This document shows positions 1 to 14,941 of a DNA stretch of 64,000 nt, in pieces. The stretch lies in contig OX597827.1 in the NCBI GenBank assembly GCA_951406725.2, positions 7,564,001-7,628,000 on the forward strand. Direction: 5' to 3'. The position numbers were made by a program, and so were the translations under genes. How positions within the stretch are numbered: the stretch's first letter is position 1; each line of letters opens with the position of its first letter. Below the pieces are notes generated by a model. It saw nothing but the letters and a program-made list of their open reading frames with translations. It did not search any database and was not told the DNA's origin. This DNA is from Octopus vulgaris (lineage: Eukaryota).

Positions 1-1422
1 CCACCACCACCACTTGACAACCAGTATTGGTGTGTTTACATTCCTGTAACTTAGTGCTTCAGCAAAAGAGACCGATAGATTAAGTACCAGACTTTACAAG
101 AAATAACAAGTACTGGGGTCAATTTGTTTGACTTAAATTTCTACAAGGAAGTGCTCCAGCATGGCTGCAGTCTAATGATTGAAACAAGTAAAAATAGAAA
201 ATAAAAGGATATATATTCATGTAATATCCTGTTTATCACATTTGTATATAATTGTATATGATAAGAGCTTTCACTGCAGGAATAGTCAAATGAGAAAATT
301 CTCTATTTAGATTTGAGTAAATTCACATTTTGCTTTGGGTTGTGAGTGACGTCATTAGATCATAGAATGCATGTGTTTCTGCATCATTCCCCATCATCAG
401 CTATGAAAGCTAATACAGTTACTCACAGCCCAGTGGAAACAGGCGCATAGGATGCCTGCTGGTGTGTGAATGGCCTGGTCAGGCTAGACTTGAATAATTA
501 ATGTTACACATAAGTCATGTGTAACATGTTCAATGATAATTGGCCATCTTGTTATTGTGTGGGAAGACAAACACAGACACAATGACATACACACACACAC
601 ACATATTCACATACACACAGATGTATCGAATTCATTCATAAGGCATTGGTTGGTCTGGGCCTATAGTAGAAGACAGTTGCCCTAGCTGCTGTGCAGTGAG
701 ACTGAACCCCAAATCATGTGGTTGCAAAGTAAGTTTCTTAACCATACAGTCATGTCTGTTGTGCAACCCCGAAATTGGACCAATATGGTAATAACGAATT
801 TTTTAGAGATTTCTATCGGTTTGTTTCGAGGCGCATAAATTATAATGGTTATCAACAATTTTTTGTTTCGGCATATTTGGCATTAGAATTTTTCTTCTGC
901 CCTTATCTTGTAAATTATATATATACATATATATATATATATACACAGACATAGATGTATACACATGCACACACATGTGTATATGAGGAAATGAGAGAGA
1001 GAGAGAAAGAGAAAGAGTTTGGGATTTGAACTAAGGATGTAAAAGACGGCTACTAAATACTGTAAGGCATTTTGTCAGAGTCACTAGAATTCCAGCTATA
1101 CTAACACCCACACTTGTTAATTTCATATTAATAATAACATTAATGAAAGATTAATATTAATTGTATAATCTCACAAATTAAGTTGGTTTGAATTAAATTA
1201 TTTTCTCTGCTTTTATGAATTCACTTAGAATCTTAATTGAACAAACAGTAAATTCCATAAAAAAAGGTTAAAAAGAATAAAATAATTAAAGAGGAAAATT
1301 CCAATAAATATAAAGTGTTTGGTTATTTTATATCCTATGTCTTATGTCAAAGAGTATTTTTCTTCAAATATTTCTGTTACTTCTTATCTTTAACCTAAAA
1401 CTACTTTTCTTTTTTTTTTCAG

Positions 1423-2690
1423 ATTAATTTGCAACATCTATCTCTGTATTCTGAAATAATGATTTACAACAATTGTTTTAGTAATCTGTAGGTTTTTTTT
1501 TTTAACATTCTTTATTTAAAATTTTTTTTTAATGAATTTTTCCTTAATTAGAATTTAAGTGGAATATTGATGAAAGCTGGAGATAGATAAAAATTTTGGA
1601 TTGGACTTTATTTTCTTGTTTGAAAACTTGATACGAAACAATAAAAGTGAACAGATGTAACAAAATAAATAAATAAATAAATAAATAAACAGTCATTTTA
1701 AGACTGAATCTAAAAGCATTGCAAATATTCTCACAAGGAGTGTCTATGCAGTGCCTTGACCTGCTAGAAATAACAGTCAAATCTTTTTTAATTGCATCCT
1801 TCCATATTAGAAAAAAAAAGGAAAGATAAATTAGTAAATTCCGCCGAGGTCGACTTTGCCTTTCATCCTTTCGGGGTCAATAAATTAAGTACAAGTTACG
1901 CACTGGAGTCGATGTAATCGACTTAATCCCTTTGTCTGTCCTTGTTTGTCCCCTCTGTGTGTAGCCCCTTGTGGGCAATAAAGAAATAAGATAATGAACA
2001 AGCAAAACACTTGGCGTCATTCAAGAATATTTACTAATTAAAGAATATTTAATTTATAATTAAAAATATAAACATAGTGCAGAGGAGTTATGCTCTTTTA
2101 TTTGTTTCAGTCATTAAATCTGAAAAGAATTTAAAAATTATAAAAATATATGTGACAGTCATGGTTGGAATGCTTTTTATCATAGGTCTGCTTACTGGAT
2201 TAGGATTGAAAATGAAGTTAAACAGCAACAGCAACAACAATATCAGTGAGTCATGGGACAACTACAACAACCCATCCCAAAACTTTAGGCATTGCAACAA
2301 AGACTCAAGGGATGATAATGTTGAACTTAATACACTATGTTTGAAAAAAAAAACCATGATAATTCTGTCATGTGGCCTCTTCCATCAGAGTTGATTGGAT
2401 GCAAAACAATAACATGTGACAGTCACATTTGATCAAACCTTACAGTTGAATGGATCAATATTTCATATTATATCAATATCAGTTTTACTGCAATGTGCTT
2501 TTCAGTAAGCTCAACCAAACCTTCAATGACTCAGATTATCTCGCTGCAAATAGATGCCAAATGGCAGCATAAGTCAATGATAACGTTTCCTTCAGATGGC
2601 AGATCTATGTTGAAAATCCTTCTATAAACAAGTAACAAGCAAATGGAAAGCCTCGCAGAGTATCTTCTCTTTTGAATTCTTAATGTTCTG
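1423..2690 (+). pseudogene. Possible decayed type II membrane / secreted glycoprotein gene
   Basis: Polypyrimidine tract plus AG at 1421-1422. Fragmentary frames ...RSVYAVP*, hydrophobic IYVTVMVGMLFIIGLLTGLGL, then Cys- and N-x-S/T-rich pieces (NISESW...; WPLPSELIGCKTITCDSH; FYCNVLFSKLNQTFNDSDYLAANRCQ), broken by stops, a poly-A frameshift near 2345 and a SINE at 1836-1992. Confidence 0.3.
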
Positions 2691-3145
2691 TGGTAAATTC
2701 TGTTATCAGAGCATTGGAAAGACATTATTTTATGATCTCATAGACAAATGTTAATCTATAACTAACATAAAGATTAATATGTTCAGTTTTTATCTTGTCT
2801 TTTTTTATGGTCAGTGGCAGAAGAGTAACACCGATGGCCCTTTCAGAGACTTTGACACTGAGTGGGGATGGGGGATGTAAAGTTATCTTCAGACCCTGAG
2901 ATCTGACCCAAATATTTACAACAAAGTGTCAAGTTCTCCACTAAAGGCTCTGAAGGGTCAGGTTATGGCATTTCTCTGGAAGATGGTCTTAGATTTCTCA
3001 TGGGTTTGCACACAATTTTTCTTTATCAAATTAATGTAATACATCTTATATTATAATGCTTTCTGTTACCCTTTATTTTTATCTATGCCTTTTTTTTATA
3101 TATCTATTTATATGTCTTTTTTGCTTTTTCTTTTTTCTCACATAG

Positions 3146-3323
3146 ATTAGCAACAATATTCTCTGTATTCTGAAATACTTATTAAGAACAATCGTTCTAG
3201 TAATTATTAGCTTTTTTCTGAATTTTTTTTCTTAAGTGGAATATTGATGCAAGATGGAGATATATAAAAATCTTAGATCAGATCGATTGCATTTCCTAGA
3301 TTGAAAACTTCGTATGAAACAAG
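3146..3323 (+). repeat. Diverged duplicate of 1423-1640
   Basis: Shared blocks in the same order: tctctgtattctgaaata, ttaagtggaatattgatg, ggagata.ataaaaat, ttgaaaactt...gaaacaa. Both copies follow a T-rich tract ending in AG. Confidence 0.7.
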
Positions 3324-4997
3324 GTTTTGGTCAACCAGTGTCTGTAGCAGCCAACACTTGCCCCATGTTCCATATAGTAAGATCAAACTGGAACCCACTT
3401 CATTGAGAAAATAACATCTCAACCACACAGCTATACCTGCAACCAAATATTATATCTGATTTAATGCAGTGTTGAGAAGATGAGAAATATATCTTCCCCT
3501 TGACAAGAAACTGGTTTAACACAAATAGTTCTACAAGCTAATAAATAATCTAATTCCATAGAATAAAGCTCAGCTAACAAATTGGTTGTGGTTGGCTATA
3601 TAGTTGATTGTATTGACCTTATTACATACCTGTGATACACCAACTTCCTATGCAGCGAAAGATTTATTTCTCATCTTAACACTTCATTAAATCAGAGATA
3701 AGCACTGGTTCTATTGATCTTTCACTTTGTTAAAGATTAACTTTTGTCTGTTGGATCATTAAAACATCAATAATGACTTTCTGATGTTCTGATAATAGAA
3801 TCTACTGCAGAATGTTTTATTGAGTCCAGAGAAATGAATTACAAAGTTAACCTTTGACCATTTCATGATTTGAACTTTTTGATGAAGCAGCATAAAAAAA
3901 CTTAATACTGCAGAACATTTAGTATGAACTTTGTAACAGAAACAAAAAAAAAAAAACAAAACAAAATACACATTAAACAGGCTCAGGCGTGGCTGTCTGG
4001 TAATAAATTTACTTTCTAACAACATGGTTTCAGGTTCAGTCCCACAGCATGGCACCTTGGAAAAGTGCTTCCTACTATAGCCTCAGGCCAACTAAAATCT
4101 TGTGAGTGGATTTGGCTGATGGAAACTGAAAGAAGCCCATCATGTGTGTATGTGTGTGTGTGTCTTTGTGTCTGTGTTTGTCCTCCACCACCACTTGACA
4201 ATAGGTGTTGGTTTGTTTATATCTCCGTAACTTAGTGGTTTGGCAAAAGAGACCAATAAGGATAAGTCTTTACACAAAAATATAAGTACTGAGGTTGATT
4301 CGTTTGACCAAAGAACTCTTCAAGGCAGTGCCCTAGTATGGCCTCAGTCTAATTGAATGAAACAAGCAAAATATTTGAACTTTATGAATTGTCTTCTTTC
4401 TACTCCTTAATTTCAAATTCAAATTTCTAATTCCACCTTGTGTTGCGAGAGAATGGCTATTTCCCTTGTTTCAACAACACTTGCCAGAGGGAATCCCATG
4501 CATTCCATATTTAATTGGCAGAATTGTTAAAGCAGCAGACAAAATTCTAAGCAATATTTAGTTACTTTACCTTTTATTATGAGTTCAAATCTCAGTGGTG
4601 GCTTACTTTTTCGTGATTACAGGTCAATAAAATAAAGTGCCAATCAAATACTAGATCAATGCAACTGATTGTACCATTATTTTCTTATATCCCTCCTTGT
4701 ACTTATAACAGAAATTGCTGTAGAGTTCTGTTATTTCTCTCATTACATTTTAAGAGTTTTTTTTTTTTTATTTCTTCATATGATGTCAAAAATTTGAGAA
4801 ATACTTTGTGCTTAAAGCAGATTCATATAAAATATTTAAAATATTTAAATTTTTATTTTATCTTACATAAATAACTTAATATTATAATTATTCTAAACGA
4901 TATTTATTTATCATGTAATTTTATTTCAGATCTCTATTCTATGAGTTTATCTAGTAAAGTTCTTGTTTCTGCACTTCATGCACACATGCTTACACAT

Positions 4998-5081
<84 letters not shown>

Positions 5082-5927
5082 ACATGCTCACACACACGTA
5101 CTCACACAGAGTGAGATCGTATTTTATACTGAAATATTTTATCGACATGTTGATTTATTATATGAGACATTCATAGTTTATTCTGATTATAAATTTGTCC
5201 ATATTTTCATATGGCATTAAAACAAGGTATTTTTGGTTTTGTTTTTCTTCTAACGACTTCTATTGATCTTCTGTTGAAATGGCACACAAGATAAAACTCA
5301 AAGGCTACAGGTCATAGAAATAAGCGAGCATACTGGGGACCATGCCAAGTTCATTAACTTAGTTTCGAGTTGCATAGCTTCCCTATTCCCAAACCCTTGA
5401 AATCACTAGTTCTCATGTCATGCCATTACGGCCGTTCAAGACAGAAAGAATAATTGAAAGCTACACGCACACTTGAAAGAAAAAAAGACTTCATTAAAAT
5501 AATGGCAATTTTGGTCCAATGCGCCATTGTTCGGAAGCTGAATATAGCTGCACTTTATGTATAATTTCATTTCATTCAAAAGTTTTCTCGACAAATATTT
5601 AACACACTATATTTCCTTTGACTATTTTATTTCTGGTTCTGATATGAAAGGTCATGACATGAAAAGTTTCTGCTGAACATATTTTGCTTCCTAACTGGAG
5701 CTGATGTCATTTTTTTTCAACTGCTAATACTACTGAGACAGGCTTGAGTTTTCATGTATTCTCTTTATAATACTTATGAACTTGAATAGGTGTATTGCAA
5801 AGATGTCTGCATGATACCATGGGCAAATGTAGCTCTTATCATAGCCTCACATTGACCAATACTTTGTGAAGTGAATTTGGTAGATAAAAATCGTCCAGAA
5901 GCTTACCATATGCATTTGTGTAAGTGC

Positions 5928-5979
<52 letters not shown>

Positions 5980-7350
5980 GCCTTGACCATCGAAATGTGG
6001 AGTAGATGAAACAAAGGCGACTGAAGAAGGGGAATTTTCCTTGTGTTATTTGTCCTGTACTCTATTTTTTCATTGTTTAAGAAAAATGTCCAGTTCCTTG
6101 GTTTTGTGTTTATGTTTTCGTTTCTCATTGTGTTCGACGTTTTTTTGGTGTCCTGTACCCATATATGCATGTATGTATACATGTAGAGGTAGGTACGTAC
6201 ATATATGTATGTATATATGCATATGTTTTATTTATTTATTAATTTATTATATATATATGTGTGTGTGTATGTGTGTATATATGTGTGTGTGTGTACATAT
6301 AAATTTTTTTATATATCCTTTGCAAAGCTGTGCCAGCTTTGCACCACTGAATCATATGAAACTCTACCTTCCAACTATTACTTAATCAAGATTCACAATT
6401 AGTCTCCTCTTAAAGGCAAAGGATATCTAAAACTATAACATACTTTAATTGTATTACTTTTCCAACGAAGCAATAACTTACCGAAGGTACACCCCCCCCC
6501 ATTTCCTTGTAATGTATTAGTATAGTTGTATATAATTTTAATACCAATTGCATTCTCTCACATTGCTTTTATTTTCTCGTTTTCTATTTTCATTCACATA
6601 TACAGTTACTTCCTTCATCATGTTTGCTGCTACATAAATCAATAATATATTACCAATAACAACTAGTCCATTTCAAACTTTCCTACATGGTAATAATATC
6701 CCAGAGAGACTTTACTGTTGTATCCCATAAACATAGAACTTTGATCTAAACAAAGTTTCACCTTTTACCCTATTAATCTAATAATTTAAACCGAGATACA
6801 TTTCCCTCTTTATTTTTTAATTCATATAATTATTCAGCTCTCAATCGTATAATTAGTTTAGCTTTATAAATTTAACCCAATTTATTTCGTTTTCCCCTAC
6901 AAACAGTTACTAACTATCTCTTGTTCATTTGTTTTTCTTCAACAGAACAACCTTAAATTATTTCAGGTATCTTCATTCATTGCAACATTTCTTTCTTTAA
7001 GGTATTAACAACAGTTTACAATATCTTCTTATCGCAATAAGTTTCATAGTACATCTTCTTATGCCAACTAGAAACTATTTTAGTTTTTTTAATGTCTACA
7101 TTATTTCACTAAAATTTATGTGTCATTAACTCTTCTAGAATCTAAAAATACTAGTTTCTACTTATGGTTTCAGACCAACATTTTTGCAAAACAAATTTTA
7201 AAATATGAAGTGTGTGTGTGTGTGTGTGTGTGTGTATACATACATTCAAAAATATATATATATCTGAATGTATGTGTACACACATATGCGCACGCATTCA
7301 CACACACACACACATATGCTTATATATACATACATATGTGTATGTGTGTT

Positions 7351-7383
<33 letters not shown>

Positions 7384-7385
<2 letters not shown>

Positions 7386-8035
7386 AGGTTGTTCCAGGAA
7401 GTTCTGAGCGTTTTTCAATATGCAAAAAGAGATATAAGTAATTGACTTATAGATAAATTTTATTCCATTATTATTAATGACCTATGCCCTTTGCTCATCT
7501 ATCAGGCTATTTAAATGTTCCATCAGCATAAAATTTGACTGGTTTATAGTGAGAGATGCATCCTAGCTTCACTAGGTGTTCATGAGATGTACTTTGAGAA
7601 ACTTCCAGCTTCTCTGCAAGTTCTCTAGTCATGATATTTGAGTTTTCTTTGATTTTTGTCTCGAAAACATCTTCAGCTCAATTTTGAAGGTCTTCCACTG
7701 TGACTGTCATCTTCCAAGCAAAACTCTCCACCTTTAAATTTTGCAAACCAGCTTCGAACATCGTAAACTTCACAAATGTTTTTGCAAGTCTTTGCAGCAT
7801 TTTCTCCTTTTTCGAAAAAAGGATGCGAAAATGGAATTTTTGGTTATTCATTTCAAATGTCAATAAAGAGTATCCAGAATGAAAGATACATCTATTTTTA
7901 GTCAGGAATAAAGAAGAGATGCACTACTACTTCAGGCAATGCCAAAGTTTTAGCTGTGTTACATATTCCAGGGATGTTCAATGAAGCGCTAAAAGATTTA
8001 GCTTAAAAATGTTCAGAACTTTCTGGACAAACTAA
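7384..8035 (-). mobile_element. Internally deleted mariner (Tc1/mariner) element
   Basis: ~31-bp imperfect TIRs (ttaggttgttccaggaagttctgagcgtttt / aaaaatgttcagaactttctggacaaactaa) flanked by TA. Frameshifted transposase N-terminal HTH on the minus strand: MNNQKFHFRI.../FEKGENAAKTCKNICEVYDVRSWFAKFKGGEFCLEDDSHSGRPSK. Confidence 0.85.
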
Positions 8036-8124
8036 TATATATGTATGTATGTGTGTTTAAACAAAATAAATATTAGCTACAGAAGTAGTATTAAAACCAA
8101 ATGACAATTTTTATATCCTACTAT

Positions 8125-8520
8125 AGGTGCAGGAGTGGCTGTGTGGTAAGTAGCTTGCTAACCAACCACATGGTTCCGGGTTCAGTCCCACTGCGTGGCA
8201 TCTTGGGCAAGTGTCTTCTGCTATAGCCCCGGGCCGACCAATGCCTTGTGAGTGGATTTGGTAGACGGAAACGGAAAGAAGCCTGTCGTATATATGTATA
8301 TATATATATGTGTTTATGTGTCTGTGTTTGTTCCCCTAGCATTGCTTGACAACTGATGCTGGTGTGTTTACGTCCCCATTACTTAGCGGTTCGGCATAAG
8401 AGACTGATAGAATAAGTACTGAGCTTACAAAGAATAAGTCCCGGGGTCGATTTGCTCGACTAAAGGCGGTGCTCCAGCATGGCCGCAGTCACATGACTGA
8501 AACAAGTAAAAAAAGAGTAT
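8125..8520 (+). mobile_element. tRNA-derived SINE family A (~400 bp, internal (TA)n(TG)n)
   Basis: A box TGGCTGTGTGG, B box GGTTCAGTCCC, tail ...cagcatggccgcagtc...tgactgaaacaagtaaaa. About 20 copies occur in the window. Confidence 0.9.
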
Positions 8521-8589
8521 ACTTAATGTGAATGTATTGTTCAAAAACACTGAATTAGTGTAGTATTCATCTTAAGGGTTCATCTAATA

Positions 8590-8830
8590 TAGTGCTAAGT
8601 GGCACAGGCATATTGCTAGCAGAAAATAATTGTCTAGCATGGGTTATGGAACTGCTAGATTATGTAATTTCAGTGTAGATGTTGACAGTGGGAATTGGCT
8701 AGCATGCAGTGGGTGGATACCTGCTACTGATGAAGTACCTATATGCTGAAATCCCATGACCTAGCAGGTCTATTGCCCTTGCTGGACAATTCCCATCCGC
8801 AAGTGATATGTTTGTTTCTTAGCACTTTAT
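8590..8830. mobile_element. Degenerate foldback element / MITE
   Basis: Nested inverted matches: agtgctaag/cttagcact, aattgtctagcatggg/cccttgctggacaatt, ctgctag/ctagcag. Confidence 0.55.
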
Positions 8831-8932
8831 GTCAATATGAAAGGATCTCACACAGTGAATACCACAGTGATATGATGTTCTAACAATACTTTTATGTTAA
8901 ATAGGATATAAAGTTTGCTACACACACACACA

Positions 8933-8984
<52 letters not shown>

Positions 8985-9113
8985 CATACACGCACACACA
9001 CGTATGCATGCATGCGCACACACATACACACATACATACATACATACCCTTTTTTTAACCCTTTCTTTAAAAAATCAATTTTGTTACTTGAAGACTTATC
9101 TATTCTATTTTGC

Positions 9114-9512
9114 ACGCAGGAGTGGCTGTGTGGTAAGTAGCTTGTTTACCAGCCACATGGTTCCGGGTTCAGTCCCACTGCGTGGCACCTTGGGCAAATG
9201 TCTTCTGCTATAGCCTCGGGCCAACCAAAGCCTTGTGAGTGGATTTGGTAGACGGAAACTGAAAGAAGCCCGTCGTATATATGTACATATATATATGTGT
9301 ATGTGTGTGTGTGTTTGTGTGTCTGTGTTTGTCCCCCTAGCGATGCTGGTGTGCGTGTGTCCCCGATACTTAGCGGTTCAGCAAAAGGGACCGATAGTAT
9401 AAGTACTGGGCTTACAAAAAGAATAAGTCCCGGGGTCGAGTTGCTCGATTAAAGGCGGTGCTCCAGCATGGTCGCAGTCAAATGACTGAAACAAGTAAAA
9501 GAGAGAAAGAGT
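9114..9512 (+). mobile_element. SINE family A
   Basis: Same head, body and tail as 8125-8520. Confidence 0.9.
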
Positions 9513-10556
9513 GATAATATATCTAAGATCTTTGTGGCACAAGCATTTTGTTTACACTTGTCTTTTGAAATCTGACTCCCTCCTGGTTACCATTTTTCAC
9601 AGTTTCATAATTCCTTCTAAGTGTAATTATTTAGCTGTTTCTATTGTAGCTAAAATCCTATAATTTGTTCTCTTTTTGAATTCCATGCATTTATTTACAG
9701 ATTGTGCTTCCTATTGACTCATCAGATTTTTTTTTTTACACAGATGCATTTTCCCTAATAGTATAATTTGTATGTTATTCAATTTTCACTTAAAATTACT
9801 ATTTTTATCCAAAACCAATGTTATCATTATCATCATTTTATATCTGCTTGCCATATTGGCATGGGTTGGATGAGACATCACATTCAGCTTATTTCTCTCT
9901 CTAAGTTACAGCCCTTCTAAATGGGTCTGAAGATGACATCTCCCTTTTTAAATTTAATAATACCTCAGCTGAACATATTACAAATTGCTTTTAGTAACAA
10001 CTGGTAATTCACTCTCAACAGATTCGTCAGAAATCATCCTCTATAAGAATTTGTTTTGCATTGCATTTTATCTTCTTTGCCTCATAATTCATACAAACTA
10101 CATGCAGTAATTTCTTAGCTTGCACGAAATTTTATCAGCATTAATCTTGAAATATTATAAACCTAAACTAGAAATCTTACCTACTCAATGATGCAGTTAG
10201 AATATATTTCTTTAACTCTCTTACTGTATTCATCTTCAAGTAGTTGCTTTCATCCTAACAATTTTAAAAGTAACCATACAATTTAATCTTATTTTAAATG
10301 AGTGAGTTTATAAAGCAACTGGTTTTAACACATACTGTTGAATACACTTTTGTTTATCATAAAGTCTCTCTTTCTCCCTCTCTCTCTGTCTATCTCTCTC
10401 TACACATGTTTTCAGATGTCAACAGTCATACCAAAATCAGATGATTTTTTTCTGCTATTTGATCCATGACTGAAACCCTTGACAGGTACAAATGTATGTA
10501 TGTGTGTATGTATACACATATATGACTGAATGAACAAACAGAAGAAAAAAGGTTAT

Positions 10557-10980
10557 AGGCGCAGGAGTGGCTGTGTGGTAAGTAGCTTGCTAACAAACCA
10601 CATGGTTCCAGGTTCAGTCCCACTGCGTGGCATCTTGGGCAAGTGTCTTCTGCTATAGCCCCGGCCCGACCAATGCCTTGTGAGTGGATTTGGTAGACGG
10701 AAACTAAAAGAAGCCTGTCGTATATATGTATATGTATGTATATATGTGTGTGTGTGTTTGTGTGTCTGTGTTTGTCCCCCTAGCATTGCTTGACAACCGA
10801 TGCTGGTATGTTTACATCCCCGTCACTTAGCGGTTCGGCAAAAGAGACCGATAGAATAAGTACTGGGCTTACAAAGAATAAGTCCCGGGGTCGATTTGCT
10901 CGACTAAAGGCGGTGCTCCAGCATGGCCGCAGTCAAATGACTGAAACAAGTAAAAGACTAAAAGAGTAAAGAGTAAAGAG
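10557..10980 (+). mobile_element. SINE family A
   Basis: Full-length copy with (taaagag)n tail. Confidence 0.9.
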
Positions 10981-12685
10981 TAACAACTCAACAGAGTAAA
11001 AGTATCTTAGCAAAGAGAACATTACAACTGTAGCTACATGTAATAAACTGTTAACCCATTCAGCCTCATCAGCTTAAATGTTGATTATAAGAGAAGATTT
11101 CAGATTTCCATGTCATTTTTAATGAAATAACTTGTCTGTAAAGTTTTAGTTAACTTCGAAGACAATGAAACATTTTGGGAAATTTAATAAAATTATTAAA
11201 TTTGTCATTTATTAAGAATCTTTTGTTATATTCGGAGCATAACAAAAGATTCTTTAAATTATCATAAGAGGTTTTAATTTAAATATGAATGGTTGAAAAT
11301 GAACCGTTCATTTGAGAAAACCAAGTGCTGTCTTAGGTGGGTTGGTTGGTTGGTATCAAAACAGTTATATAAATCAACATTATAAGACTTTTTGAAACAT
11401 TAGACAGAGTCAAATTTTGTGAATAGTTTCCAGATAATAAGCATTATGTTTTAAACATCTCACTTGAAAAGATGAACATTTTGCAACATGTGAAACATTT
11501 ATTAAGTTATGACACAATTTCCAATATTTAGAAAAAAATATTGAATAAAAAAAAAAGAAGGTAACAGCACATAAGTAAAAGCTAGAATCAATGTAGTCTT
11601 GGACAACACCTTGTTTTCTATGATACTTAAAATGTTATTGTTGTAATTTGTTGTATCTTTGGTGGGTGATTATGCTAATAATAAACACATGCACTGGTTC
11701 TAGTTCACTTCTTTTATAATAATTAGTCAATTGGTTAATCATCAGTTGTTTGATTAATCATTCTGTCAGACAGACCTGAATTAGACCTGAAGTACAAAGG
11801 GCATGACACATATGTGGTCAAGAATGGTATGAGAAGATTGACAAACCTAGCTGATTGATCGATTGATTGACTGAGCAATTCAAACAATCGATTAGTCAAT
11901 TAGCTTAAGTGCTAACAAATTAACTTATAATAATAAAAGAAGTGAAACAGAACCAGTGTGTGTGTGTTTATGGCATAATGATCCAACTAAGATATAACAA
12001 AAATATGTCACAACATGTGAGTTCACATTAAGAATCTTGCAAGCCAAATACAAAAATGAAATGTAATTGTTGTGAATTAAATCCAGGACTAGTTCTGACT
12101 GACTAAGCATTCTGGCCATGACCATCCCATCATTTTTTTGAACCCTGAATATCTAGCACTATATTATTCAATATGTTATTTCATTTTTGTTTCTGTTTTG
12201 AAATGGTAGGATATGATTACTGAAAGCCTTCTGTTATTTCTAACAATGTAAGTCACCCTGTAGGGTTACATAATTGGTTTAATTATGTCTTAGCTTCGAT
12301 TGTAGGTGTTAACACTACTGTTTTGACTACTATTTGAAGAACACATAGTCTTGTGAAGTAACTGTGAATTTTGCAGCTTTAAACTGAAAATTCATCAGCA
12401 TCTGATATCATATTTTAAGACCAATTTTTTTTTGCACACTGAATATCAAGGACTACATTATTCAATGTATCATTCCATTGTATTTTTTTAATATATTTTT
12501 CCAAACTGTAGAATATAATAACTGAAAGCCTTAGCTGTTATTTCTTGTGATGTGTTACCCCACTGGGTAATTATATTTTAGCTTCTATTACAGGGGTTAG
12601 CAATGTTATTTTGACATTTCAAGAACACATACTCTTGGGAAACAGTTTTGGATTTTGCAGTTCCAAACAGAAATCTATCATTATT

Positions 12686-12796
12686 TGACATTATTTCAGA
12701 TGATATACCCAACCCCCTACCCCAGCCTTCATCAGGTGTCTTGAGGAAATTTCGAACCTGGGTTCTCATTCCTAAGGTATTTTTCGATGTTATTAC

Positions 12797-12853
<57 letters not shown>

Positions 12854-12870
12854 CATTATTATTATTATTT
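12686..12870 (-). mobile_element. Partial copy of the (AAT)n / hammerhead-like element at 29860-30180
   Basis: Minus strand: (aat)n, ccttaggaatgagaacccaggttcgaaatttcctcaagacac-CTGATGA-aggctg...gggtatatcatct-GAAA. Confidence 0.7.
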
Positions 12871-13019
12871 TTTCCTTCTTTCTTCAAATTTTCTTCCGTT
12901 TCTCGCCGAGTGTTTTCCATACACCTAGGGCAGAGAAGGGCATTGTATATTATTATTATTATTATTATTATTATTGGCAGAATCATTAGCATACTGGATG
13001 ATGATGATGATTCTAGGAT

Positions 13020-13345
13020 TGTAAAGAAAAAGGACAAAAACAAAAATAATACAATCCCTTAAAATTTGAAATAGGAAGAATTTGGAGCATGAGAGCAGTA
13101 AAGGTCATGCCTATAATAATTGGTGCATTGGTCAGCAACAGTAATCAAAGATATAGACAAATGGCTGAAGGAGATTGGAATAGAATGCCCAATAGAGCTC
13201 CTACAGAAAGTTTGTCTCTTAAGGGACAGCAAGGATTATCAGGTGGGCTCCAAGCACTTGAAAGACAGCTGAAAACTGTAACCTGCTACCCACATAAATC
13301 CTATCAGAAATAAGACCAGACCTGAGCCAAACCAAAATAATAATA
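13020..13345 (+). mobile_element. 3' fragment of an RLE-type (R4/Dong-like) non-LTR retrotransposon
   Basis: Broken frame PLKFEIGRIWSMRAVKVMPIIIGAL.../DIDKWLKEIGIECPIELLQKVCLL resembles the restriction-like endonuclease C-terminus; ends in (taa)n. Confidence 0.6.
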
Positions 13346-13348
13346 ATT

Positions 13349-13532
13349 ACATACATACATGCATACATGCATACACACACACACATACAAACACGCAAGC
13401 ATACATACATGCATACATACATGCATACATACATACATACACACAGGTACATACATAATGTACAAACATACATACATACATACATACATACATACATACA
13501 TACATACACACATACACACATACATACACACA

Positions 13533-13566
<34 letters not shown>

Positions 13567-13850
13567 CATACATACATACATACATGCATACATACATACA
13601 TACATACATACAAACATACACCCATACATACATACATACATACATGCATGCATACATACATACATACATACATACATACATGCATGCATGCATACATACA
13701 TGCATGCATGCATACATACATACATACATACATACATGCATGCATACATACATACATACATACATACATACATGCATACATACATACATGCATACATGTA
13801 CAAACATATATACATATATACATACATGCATACATATGCACATGCATACC
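13349..13850. repeat. (CATA)n/(CATG)n microsatellite
   Basis: Direct reading. Confidence 0.95.
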
Positions 13851-14084
13851 AATATATCAGTGGCAGTCGAGGCTTCACTACATTGTTATTTCAAGTTTCC
13901 AATGCCTAACACTTATCATTAACTTGCATGCTATCCAAACCCGTGGAAATTCCATGGGCTTCATGGGAGAAACCCGAGAACTGTAGTTGCCTGTTGTTAT
14001 TGTGAAAGAAGAAATGACAACCAATAGCAGGCAAGATAGAGAAAGAGAGAGCATGAGAGAGAGAGAGAGAGACAGAGAGGAGAG

Positions 14085-14130
<46 letters not shown>

Positions 14131-14254
14131 AGGATGTAAGAAGAGGAGGAATTTGACAAGTGTTAGTTGAAGTGGTAACAGTGTTAGGAGTATATAAAGA
14201 ACGAAAAGAGAAATCCCAGCAAATCAATGTAGTTGTATTATCCATATGCACGTG

Positions 14255-14269
<15 letters not shown>

Positions 14270-14287
<18 letters not shown>

Positions 14288-14688
14288 AGAAACACACACA
14301 CACATACATACACTACATGCATATGCCACATATACGCACCCACAATACACATACACACACAGAAACACACACACACATACACACACTACATGCATATGCC
14401 ACATATACGCACCCACTATACACACACACACAGAAACACACACACACGCATACACACACTACACGCATATACCACATACACGCACCCACTATACACACAC
14501 ACATACACGCACTACACGCATATACCACATACACGGACCCACTGTACACATGCACACACAGAAACACACACATACATACACACACTACACGCATATACCA
14601 CATACACGCACCCACTATACACACACATACAGAAACACACACACACACATACACACACTACACGCATATACCACATACACGCACCCAC

Positions 14689-14725
<37 letters not shown>

Positions 14726-14908
14726 ACACTACACGCATATACCACATACACGCACCCACTATACACACACACATACAGAAACACACACACACACATACAC
14801 ACACTACACGCATATACCACATACACGCACCCACTATACACACACACATACAGAAACACACACACACACACACACTACACGCATATACCACATACACGCA
14901 CCCACTAT

Positions 14909-14941
<33 letters not shown>

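Noticed and set aside
8125-8200. tRNA gene calls at SINE heads (families A, B, C)
   Set aside because: A/B boxes are present but there is no complete cloverleaf, and each continues into a SINE body and tail.
10415-10485. Possible plus-strand exon (ttttcag|...ag|gtac)
   Set aside because: Stops in all three frames and a weak donor.
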